A DNA stretch of 64,000 bases from Fimbriimonas sp. (lineage in GTDB: Bacteria; Armatimonadota; Fimbriimonadia; Fimbriimonadales; Fimbriimonadaceae). A program made the translations under genes and the position numbers. The notes beneath the pieces are model-generated. The model was not told the DNA's origin, made no database searches, and saw only the letters and a list, made by a program, of their open reading frames with translations. The DNA lies in assembly GCA_031292555.1 (NCBI GenBank), contig JARLGV010000032.1, positions 6,651 to 70,650 on the forward strand. Reading direction: 5' to 3'. Below, in pieces: positions 56,574-64,000 of this stretch. How positions within the stretch are numbered: position 1 is the stretch's first letter; every line of letters starts with the position of its first letter.

Positions 56574-59107
56574 GGCTTCTTGATGACCTTTATATGCACG
56601 ACGCCCTCGTCGGCGTCCCGAAACTCGAGGTCGAATTCGGTCACGTTTGGCGGTCCGTCGATCGTCCCCCGAAGGTCGTTAGCGGGCGAGTCGATCAATT
56701 GCAGCGGCTGGAATGTGGCCTGTCCAGCGAACTTCGCTCCCAGGACCTGATCGGCAAGACCGAGAGTAATTCGGGTGCCAGTTGCAGTCGCTTGGATCGA
56801 CTCGATTGTCGGCAACTTGACCGCTCGGATGGGCGCCGTTCCTGACGACGATGATGTGTCCACGAGGGTCCACGGACTGGACAGATCCGACCGAGTCAGC
56901 TTCACCCACAGGAGACCGGTGTTTCGCTTGGCTGTCGGAGGCAACAGGGCCTCAAGGTTGAGTGTGAGGTAAGCGTCAGGGCTAGAGCCGTCGATCGCCA
57001 GAGAAGGACCCTCCGGCAGAGTCAGCGCGCTTTGGATATCCCCAGCCGAACCGAATCCGAGTTCGAGCGATACATCGTGCGACCACACGAACGGCTGAAT
57101 GGCAGCCAACTGGATCCGAAGCGGCTGTTTCGTCCGGAACCAACCGGTCGGCATCGTTGCCTGAGCCCAGTCTGGATCGGGGCCCGAGCCAATCGATACG
57201 ACTTCTGCGAGGGGGCCGACGACAATCGGCCGAATCCTCGGTCGAGCCTCCCCCATCGATATAGGCTCTTTCCGGGTCCACTCAAGGCCGTGCTGTGGGT
57301 CGTGATACGTGACGTTCACGACGCGCACGTTAGCTGGAACTGGTCCGGACAGCGTCAGCCTCCGATCGGTCGCCTCCGAGTTGTCGGTTGCCTGAACCGA
57401 CAGGTCTGGGATTTGGATCGATTTGACCCAACTTGCCTCCGGGCCAGTAATCCGTAGCATGCGGTCCCCTTTGCCGCAGATCACCGACACAGAAGGGTGT
57501 TTGGGCGCGACGAACATTCCTACCGGGCTATCGGCTCGACCGGCTTCCTCTTGTAGGACATAGATCTGGGCATTGCCTGGACTTACCGACGATAGGTTAA
57601 ATCGGGCCTCAAGCGAACCGTGATCGTTTACTCCTTCCGCCGAGGTGATCTTGCCAGAAGAGTCCTTTAGGTAGATCGACGCATAGCGATAGAAGGGTTG
57701 CGTCGGCCCCTTCCGTTTCAGCTTGACTACAATCGAAGGGTCGCCGGACGCAAAGTCAATTGTGGACTCCTCGGCGATCGACCAGGACTGAGGTGCGACC
57801 TTCGCAATTTCGATGGCCTTTGTCTCCTGGTCCTCAAAGCCAATGCGAGCCCGCAAGTAGACCGTCTTGACTGAGTCTTTGCCCCACCAGTCATCGGCAA
57901 TGGGGAACACCAAGCCACGTCCGGGAACCAAACGCGCCCCTGGAATGGTGACGAATGGTTGGCCGGCAACGCTGTACTCCCAATGCCACGCCCATGGGTA
58001 CACGAACAGGGACCGGCAATCTGCCCCAAGAGGGATCGCGATCTCCTTTGGACCGGCTAGCACCTCAGTTCGGGCCACGTCCAAACGAATCGGACGTCCC
58101 GCATCGTTGCGACTGAACGGTGGGCGATAGACGATCGTCGGGAGCGAATCATCCGTCGTCTCCAGGACACGCTGCGTTACCAAGTCAATCCAATTCTCGT
58201 CGAAGCCTTCGGATGCGTCAGCTTCGGTGGCAGATGCCGGTACGAACGTGAACTTCACGTCGTGTGGAGGCTTGATGAACACGTGCATGAGGTCTCCAAC
58301 CAGGCTGACCCAGTCCGAAACGATGCCCGGCAACTGGGTGCGGACCACGGCGGCAGCCGGAGTCGGGTTGTCAGGGGACTGCCTCATGGCGTCCAGGACT
58401 CCCACGCTCGCATCCAACCCATGCTGCAACTGCCCCGGAGACGTGTACTGCAAAGTTGGATCGTAGGTGGCGCCCAGGTCAAGGTTAATGGCGTCCACTC
58501 GGTTCTGCATGCTCAACGGATCGGGGCAGGTCTTGGGACCGAGTGACGCGTAGGCGGTCATGAAGTTCAGGAGTCGGTTCTGCTGGGTGTACTTGGTTTC
58601 AAAGATCGCCGTTTGGGAGATCAGCAATTGGCTCGTCGTCTCAAGGGCGTGTCGAATGCCGTCAAAGACCCGATGCTCCTTGGGCTTGTTGAGTACAAGA
58701 AAGTACAGGGGCACCAGGTCCGCGTCGGGCAATGGCCCGGTATCGATCGCATGACGAGTGATTCGCTTGTCCCAGAGGTTCCAGGTCCTGACTCGAATCC
58801 TCTCGCCGGCGCCGACGGTCGCCGCCACGAGCGTCCAATTTCCTTTGAGTCGATCGTCAACGGAAACGAGCACGTCGTCTCTCGGGCGTAACGTATCTAC
58901 ACGGAGGATTGGAATCGGTTGTCCGCCTTTGTCGTTCCGTTTGACCATCAGCGAGATAGGAAACCTGCGCAAGGAAGCGGTCGGGTCGTCGGTTGGCAAG
59001 CGTTGTCCGCCCAATGCCTGAGAGGAAAAAATGCCGATCGCCAACGAAATCGACAGAACCCGGGAGATGAGCGCAGTTTTTCCTTGCGCCGGAGATTTTC
59101 GATTCAT
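56570..59107 (-). CDS. Large secreted hypothetical protein (about 845 aa)
   Basis: Signal-like ISRVLSISLAIGIFSSQALG after MNRKS (alternative start 59119); helical core then beta-rich segments; no family recognised. Confidence 0.8.
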   Translation of the reverse strand: MNRKSPAQGKTALISRVLSISLAIGIFSSQALGGQRLPTDDPTASLRRFPISLMVKRNDKGGQPIPILRVDTLRPRDDVLVSVDDRLKGNWTLVAATVGAGERIRVRTWNLWDKRITRHAIDTGPLPDADLVPLYFLVLNKPKEHRVFDGIRHALETTSQLLISQTAIFETKYTQQNRLLNFMTAYASLGPKTCPDPLSMQNRVDAINLDLGATYDPTLQYTSPGQLQHGLDASVGVLDAMRQSPDNPTPAAAVVRTQLPGIVSDWVSLVGDLMHVFIKPPHDVKFTFVPASATEADASEGFDENWIDLVTQRVLETTDDSLPTIVYRPPFSRNDAGRPIRLDVARTEVLAGPKEIAIPLGADCRSLFVYPWAWHWEYSVAGQPFVTIPGARLVPGRGLVFPIADDWWGKDSVKTVYLRARIGFEDQETKAIEIAKVAPQSWSIAEESTIDFASGDPSIVVKLKRKGPTQPFYRYASIYLKDSSGKITSAEGVNDHGSLEARFNLSSVSPGNAQIYVLQEEAGRADSPVGMFVAPKHPSVSVICGKGDRMLRITGPEASWVKSIQIPDLSVQATDNSEATDRRLTLSGPVPANVRVVNVTYHDPQHGLEWTRKEPISMGEARPRIRPIVVGPLAEVVSIGSGPDPDWAQATMPTGWFRTKQPLRIQLAAIQPFVWSHDVSLELGFGSAGDIQSALTLPEGPSLAIDGSSPDAYLTLNLEALLPPTAKRNTGLLWVKLTRSDLSSPWTLVDTSSSSGTAPIRAVKLPTIESIQATATGTRITLGLADQVLGAKFAGQATFQPLQLIDSPANDLRGTIDGPPNVTEFDLEFRDADEGVVHIKVIKKP

Positions 59108-59198
59108 CACGTACGCCATTTCAGACGTTCGATGCATGGAATCCGCAACGGTCCTTGGAGCGTTCTCACCTAAAATCGCTCCAAGGTTCCCACAATTC

Positions 59199-60233
59199 TC
59201 ATCGGCGAGGCAAGACGAGGCGGCTAGGACGCCAAAGGCGTGCAACCAGCGTTCGATATGCCGCTTCCATAGCCAGAATCCAGATGTTGATCGCCACAAC
59301 CACGCCCAGAATTAGGCCGTAGATCGAAGCCGTCCGCCAAACGACGAGTCCTAACTCGTGCGGGGTCATCCATGCCGCGCGCCAAAAGGCCTGGTTGGAC
59401 TTTGCTTCGCGCAGCGATTGCTCAATGATTGGCGCAAAGGTCGCACCATATCGTTTCCAGAAACCTTCGGCTTCCTGTCGCGTTGCACAAGGCATAAGCA
59501 TTGGCTGAGTTGATCGGCTGGAACTTGTAGCTATCGGCACGCCGCTGATATACCGCTCGTCGACGACAGTTTGAGGTTTCGGCGCCAAGAAGTATTCTCC
59601 ACTCCTAAGGCAAGAAGGGAACCCTTTTGTCCAGGATCGCGATCGAGCAAATTCGATCTCCTCCTCAAACTGGCCGATATTCCGGTCGAATCCTGCGATC
59701 GTGTGCGCCCGTGCTTGGCGGGACATTGACGTATAGCCCATCGGGCCGAACGCAAGTGCCTCGGTCAGTACAGCGACGCATACCAGTGCTGCGATCGCCG
59801 CCATGGGGCCGATCAGCAGTTTTCTGCTTCTCCAGCACGAGTACCCGAACGTGATGACGAAGAGAGAAGGAAGCCAATTGGTCTCATTCATGAGCCACTC
59901 GGGTACCGGCTCAAGATAGAAGAACGATAGGGGGATGACGCCATACAAGAGCAAGATCGGCCCCGCAATCCGGCACAGGCTCCAAGTAGTCCGCCTGTCG
60001 ATTCCAGTCCTTGCTCGAATGAGGCTGTCGGCAACTAACCGGTCGCAACCGATGCTGCGCAACGCCTCGGTGCTTGCTTGGTGTTCGGGCATGCCGCTCC
60101 GAATCCGGTCAGCGACGCTTTCGCGAAGGTGCCCGGCGATCTCCTTCACATGATCGTCGACGACGGCTCGTGGCAAACGTCGCAATAGCCTGAACCGCAA
60201 TCGGCTGACATACGCATCGATGAGGTCAGCCAC
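59199..60233 (-). CDS. Membrane protein with an N-terminal permease-prefix/HAAS-like helical domain
   Basis: IDAYVSRL..L......D...EIAGHL......G.....A...A...G pattern; 3 TMs + periplasmic loop + 1 TM; GTG 60233 overlaps the padR stop. Confidence 0.75.
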   Translation of the reverse strand: MADLIDAYVSRLRFRLLRRLPRAVVDDHVKEIAGHLRESVADRIRSGMPEHQASTEALRSIGCDRLVADSLIRARTGIDRRTTWSLCRIAGPILLLYGVIPLSFFYLEPVPEWLMNETNWLPSLFVITFGYSCWRSRKLLIGPMAAIAALVCVAVLTEALAFGPMGYTSMSRQARAHTIAGFDRNIGQFEEEIEFARSRSWTKGFPSCLRSGEYFLAPKPQTVVDERYISGVPIATSSSRSTQPMLMPCATRQEAEGFWKRYGATFAPIIEQSLREAKSNQAFWRAAWMTPHELGLVVWRTASIYGLILGVVVAINIWILAMEAAYRTLVARLWRPSRLVLPRR

Positions 60234-60576
60234 GTTGAGCCTCGCCAAGCCTCGGATCCGTGTTGACGGTAAGGATGACACCGGAAACGGCAGATGAGAA
60301 CTTCGCCCATTCCTGGCGACGCTTCTCAAGTTCGAGCCTGCCGCTCTCGGTCAGAACATAGGTCTTGCGTGCAGGGCCAGTCTCGGTTGTCTCCCACTCG
60401 CCTTTGATCCATCCGGATTCCTGCATCCGATGGAGAAGGGGGTAGAGCTGCCCTTCATTCATCTTGAAGAGGCCGCTCGATCCATCTTTTAGTTGCTTGA
60501 CAATTCCGTATCCGTGTTTTGGGCCGTCGGCCAGGGCTGCGAGAATCAGCGCCTCAGGATCTGACTTGAATCGCAT
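60226..60576 (-). CDS. PadR family transcriptional regulator
   Basis: LILAALADGPKHGYGI, GQLYPLLHRM, RKTYVLTESG, W..F...V. Confidence 0.93.
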   Translation of the reverse strand: MRFKSDPEALILAALADGPKHGYGIVKQLKDGSSGLFKMNEGQLYPLLHRMQESGWIKGEWETTETGPARKTYVLTESGRLELEKRRQEWAKFSSAVSGVILTVNTDPRLGEAQRG

Positions 60577-60578
60577 TG

Positions 60579-60611
60579 TGTACCTCTATGCATATGGTAC
60601 ATCAAATTGTA
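60579..60611 (-). promoter_or_regulatory. Candidate PadR operator and -10 box
   Basis: TGTACC-N11-GGTACA inverted repeat (60579-60601) with internal TATGCATA, plus TACAAT on the minus strand (60606-60611). Confidence 0.45.
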
Positions 60612-60675
60612 TGGTATATGGCCCAGTCTTTCCGGTGAATGCGAAGACTCACCGGAAAAGCGGGTTAGGCGGAGA

Positions 60676-62502
60676 CTATTTATCGCCCTTGGGGATGATG
60701 TGGACGACGCCAGCCTCGATGCGATAGGTCAAATCTTGCTTAACTGATGCAAGAATGTTGCTCAGTGCTTCTAGTCGCTGGACATGGTGCAGCGACAACG
60801 TCACCTGATCGGCCGTGACGTCGGACCGGATAACGTAATCCATATGCGCGGCCTGGGCCAGGCGCTTGATCGCTTCCCGCAAATCGACCTTTTGGAACTC
60901 AAGGGTAAAGGCTTGACTTGGGTCGGAGCCTTCATTGGATCGGGCCGCCTTGATGCTCTCCGGTAGGACTGATGACACGGGCTGGTTGCCGGTTGTTGGC
61001 GCGCTGGTTTCTACTGGCGGCTCTAGTCTCGCAGGCGTGTTTCTCGTGCCATCTGGCAGGGCGCCACTGGCTGGTCCCGTAGACAGGTCGCTAGGCGGAA
61101 TCTGGTTGTAGTTGCTTGTGCCGGTGTCGCGCACTGCCGCAGCGCGGGCTGGCACGATTCTGACGGGCAGATCTGGAGTGGCCGAGCCAGCCTCGTGCGC
61201 TGCCGCAAAGTGGGCAGGCAGGGCCATGCCGGTCGACGCCGGAGTTGAAAGTCCCGCACCGCTCCAAGCTGCAGGCGCTGTCGCCCTCGCCGTCGTCGGC
61301 TTGATGAACGTCGAGACGTGCCCTTTGGTCGTCGAGACAGTGGCCTTGTGGCCCAGCTTTGCCGATGTGGCATGGACGTGACGATGCGATTTGGCAGTCT
61401 TGCGCGTTGCCTTGGCATGCGGCGGTGTCTGCGCCGATTGCGCGACGACCGTCCAAGGGAGAGCGCACACGGCGCCAGCGACAACGAGCAGTGAGAACGC
61501 GCGACGCGCGACAGTGCAATAGGGACGAGCCGGTGATTTGAGCATGTTGATTCTCCTCCTAATGAGTCGATAGCCGATAGCGGCACCCATAACCGACGCT
61601 TGAGCGCCGGACTGAGCGATGTTCAAGAGCAGGCGAGCATAAGCGGCCGGAGATCCGCCGGTCACCTGCATCGCGTCGAGGTCGCAAGCCTCCTCGCGTG
61701 CGGTTTCCGCCTCCCGCAAGGCGAGCCAGGCAAGCGGGTGAAAGAAGAACAGGATCTGGCTGGCTACTGGAATCAGACCGAGCCAAAGGTCGCACCGGCG
61801 CAGATGAATCAGTTCATGGGCGATCGCCATACGCATCTCGCCTTGGCTCATCGTTGAGGCTGATTCACTTGGCAATACGATGACAGGACGCCGCCAGCCC
61901 GCCAGCAAGGGGCAAGGCGCCAGTGAAGAAAGGTAGATCGGAGGCATCTTTGCACCGATCCGAAGACTAAGATCTTCGACCATCGCGGAGATCGAGGGAT
62001 CACCGATTGGCGCCAGGTTCCTGAGTAGTTTCCGCGTTCCGAACATTCGTCGCAGAGTCGATGCACCGAAGAACCCGACTCCCAAGAGCCAAAGGGTAAG
62101 CACGGTGGCGCCAATGTCGGGTGCCGGCGACTTCGCACTGGGGGGTTTGGCAAAGATCGGCGCTGACGTAGTAATCGGCGACGCCGAAATCGTCTTCGGT
62201 TCTACTAAAGCCGAGCGGCTTTGGCGTGAATCAGCGGTTATCGGTGTGCCCACCGCTGCCGGTCCAGCTTGGTTCGAAGGCAGAATGGCGAGGGAAATTG
62301 AGGATGAAAAGAACAGGCGCAGCACCAGCTGAGCAGCGGCCAGTGTCCACAATCCGTGACGGGTAGCGGCGGGAATCCGAGGGAATATCCGGCAAACACA
62401 CCAGACAACGGCGATGAAAAGCCCTCCCTGCCAAGTGGCAGTGAACAATCTGGATAGCCAACCCGAGGTGTCGCCGAGTTGCGCCGGCCAAAGCACGCTC
62501 AC
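60676..62502 (-). CDS. BlaR1/MecR1-type M56 metallopeptidase with a C-terminal STN-like domain
   Basis: N-terminal TMs, P.LAG..RP.I.LP, AHELIHLRRCD, FFFHPL.W, REEACD, RRINM; low-complexity linker; TLEFQKVDLREAIKRLA..DY..V.L.L..AL..IL....YRIE.GVVHI. Confidence 0.9.
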   Translation of the reverse strand: MSVLWPAQLGDTSGWLSRLFTATWQGGLFIAVVWCVCRIFPRIPAATRHGLWTLAAAQLVLRLFFSSSISLAILPSNQAGPAAVGTPITADSRQSRSALVEPKTISASPITTSAPIFAKPPSAKSPAPDIGATVLTLWLLGVGFFGASTLRRMFGTRKLLRNLAPIGDPSISAMVEDLSLRIGAKMPPIYLSSLAPCPLLAGWRRPVIVLPSESASTMSQGEMRMAIAHELIHLRRCDLWLGLIPVASQILFFFHPLAWLALREAETAREEACDLDAMQVTGGSPAAYARLLLNIAQSGAQASVMGAAIGYRLIRRRINMLKSPARPYCTVARRAFSLLVVAGAVCALPWTVVAQSAQTPPHAKATRKTAKSHRHVHATSAKLGHKATVSTTKGHVSTFIKPTTARATAPAAWSGAGLSTPASTGMALPAHFAAAHEAGSATPDLPVRIVPARAAAVRDTGTSNYNQIPPSDLSTGPASGALPDGTRNTPARLEPPVETSAPTTGNQPVSSVLPESIKAARSNEGSDPSQAFTLEFQKVDLREAIKRLAQAAHMDYVIRSDVTADQVTLSLHHVQRLEALSNILASVKQDLTYRIEAGVVHIIPKGDK

Positions 62503-62909
62503 TTTACCGGCTCCTCTTCCGTTTCCAGCGAGTCGACTATACGCCTGAGTTCGTCGATCTCATCCTTGCTCAAACGACCAGAATCCGCCATATAGGTGAC
62601 GAACGGCGCCAGAGAACCGCTCAACGACCGTTGTACAAAGTCAGCCACCAGGTTCTTAAGCACGTCGTTGTGGTCGTTCTTTGCCGAATAGCAAAAAACG
62701 CCGCGCAAGGGGCGGCGCACCAAGTACCCCTTGGTACGTAACCGCTCCATCACCGTGAGAATAGTCGTTCGGGCAAGACCACGAGGCGCTCCATACTCCC
62801 GTGCGACATCACCGACAGTGATCGGTCCGTGCTCGGATACGAAGCGGAGAAGATCCAGTTGCTGTTCGCCGAGAGGCGCGTGTTCGTTTGCTCGAATATC
62901 TTCGTTCAT
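62499..62909 (-). CDS. BlaI/MecI/CopY family repressor
   Basis: LGEQQLDLLRFV, ARTTILTVMERL..KGYL, SLAPFVTYM..LSKDEIDELRR. Confidence 0.93.
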   Translation of the reverse strand: MNEDIRANEHAPLGEQQLDLLRFVSEHGPITVGDVAREYGAPRGLARTTILTVMERLRTKGYLVRRPLRGVFCYSAKNDHNDVLKNLVADFVQRSLSGSLAPFVTYMADSGRLSKDEIDELRRIVDSLETEEEPVK

Positions 62910-62912
62910 CGG

Positions 62913-62961
62913 TAATGACTACTCCGATAGTCATTATAGACCTGACTATTCGAGTAGTCAA
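62913..62961 (-). promoter_or_regulatory. Sigma70 promoter TTGACT-N17-TATAAT overlapped by two BlaI-type operators
   Basis: -35 at 62961-62956, -10 at 62938-62933; palindromes TAATGACTA-N6-TAGTCATTA (62913-62936) and TGACTA-N6-TAGTCA (62943-62960). Confidence 0.85.
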
Positions 62962-63018
62962 GAGGCGCCGTGAAAAAGGTGACCCAGCGCGGCCCGGACG
63001 CTTAGCTCAGTAGGGAGG

Positions 63019-64000
63019 TCAAGCGGGCCGATACTTCGCTATGATTGCTTCGGCCTCTGGGCCGAACTCGACGAGTCGCTCGTACAGCGTTAGCTGGACC
63101 ATCGCTCGCGTCTTGTTCAGATCGGCAGGATCGTCCGGTCCAAGCTGGAAGTAGGTGTCACCCTTCAGATAGTCGGTCATGAAGCGAAGTCCTAGCTCAA
63201 GCGTGATCGCCTGAACCGCGGGCACCATGAGCGCGATCTCTGCCTCCGTTACCTGCGTTGCCGCCTTAAGGAAGCCCTTTGCGACTGCCTCGTATACGTC
63301 ACGGTCTACCTTGACCTTCGTCAGGTCGGTTTCCTTTTCGCCCGCGACGTTGACCATGGATCGCTGAAGATCGCCCCAGTCGGCTAGCCATGTAAACGGC
63401 ATGATCGTGTCCAGATCGACGAGGGCCTTGACGCGGCCCGATTTAGCACAAAAGAGGAAGTTCTCGATCTTCGTGTCGCCGTGGATCAACGTATGGCGTA
63501 TCTCATGAGATTCGAGCGCCTTCCACAGACCCATTGCGAACGGTTCGCGGTCGCAAACCAGTTCGATAAAGGAGGCGAGTTCTGAGTCGTTCTTGCGTGC
63601 CTGATACTCTTCGTCCGTAAGTGCGACCAAGAAATGCTGACCGGTGCTCTCACGTAGAATTGCATCCTTCGGAAGCCATCTGTCGGCCTCGTGAAGGGTG
63701 CGATTGCATGCCATGACGGAATGGAATTGACTGAAGTAGAGACCCGTGTCCCGATAGCCGGGAAGTGACCCATCGATCGTAGAAGGATCGATCGATGCCG
63801 TTAAGTCTGAGTAGATGGCGAGCCCTCGTCCGACTTCTTCTGCCAATGTGAGCTGGGCAGCCTGGCCGTCTAGCTCACTCAGGCTCTTATAGGAAATGGC
63901 GTCTGGGATCCGAACCATCAACCGCCAGACCGACCAACCGTGCTCGTCGGTTAGATCGAGGAAAGCCTTCTCATCACGTGTTTGGATAAGCTCGATGGGC
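63019..64000 (-). CDS. Phosphotransferase (APH-fold, N-acetylhexosamine 1-kinase-like), 3' part; runs off the right edge
   Basis: IHGDTKIENFLF, ALVDLDTIMP, RFMTDYLKGDTYF; frame open to nt 64000. Confidence 0.8.
   Translation of the reverse strand, partial: PIELIQTRDEKAFLDLTDEHGWSVWRLMVRIPDAISYKSLSELDGQAAQLTLAEEVGRGLAIYSDLTASIDPSTIDGSLPGYRDTGLYFSQFHSVMACNRTLHEADRWLPKDAILRESTGQHFLVALTDEEYQARKNDSELASFIELVCDREPFAMGLWKALESHEIRHTLIHGDTKIENFLFCAKSGRVKALVDLDTIMPFTWLADWGDLQRSMVNVAGEKETDLTKVKVDRDVYEAVAKGFLKAATQVTEAEIALMVPAVQAITLELGLRFMTDYLKGDTYFQLGPDDPADLNKTRAMVQLTLYERLVEFGPEAEAIIAKYRPA

Noticed and set aside
59108-59299. N-terminal extension of the large secreted ORF
   Set aside because: Overlaps the upstream gene; the signal peptide starts near 59107-59119
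62996-63020. GGACGCTTAGCTCAGTAGGGAG resembles the 5' end of a tRNA
   Set aside because: No anticodon arm, T-loop or matching 3' acceptor strand; it runs into the kinase stop codon

Overview
Continuous bacterial chromosomal segment from a GC-rich diderm. It is probably Armatimonadota (Fimbriimonas-like); this is inferred from protein styles, not from a marker gene. The left third is housekeeping and envelope: ubiX end, PepT-like peptidase, a small beta-barrel, an ECF sigma/anti-sigma/RseB-like trio, PBP1A, PBP2, an O-antigen-ligase-TPR protein with two GT2s, a LysM-SH3-NlpC/P60 hydrolase, tRNA-Glu, Nif3, DUF1385, a HAD hydrolase, NatAB-like ABC and an M42 peptidase. The middle holds secreted repeat proteins, an orphan degenerate sugar-ABC ATPase and a glycan-utilisation locus (GH116, monosaccharide ABC, GH38, SARP/STAND regulator, SGNH, later a DUF5703/GH95-like enzyme). 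The right third holds detox-type genes and the most striking locus: two tandem membrane-signalling pairs upstream of an ~845-aa secreted orphan. The first pair is BlaI plus an M56 protease ending in an STN-like domain, with a clear TGACTA-N6-TAGTCA double operator on a near-consensus promoter. The second pair is PadR plus a permease-prefix/HAAS-like membrane protein. At least 8 genes have a TANNNT box 5-7 nt before the start codon, suggesting leaderless mRNAs. I saw no rRNA, CRISPR array, transposase or integrase.
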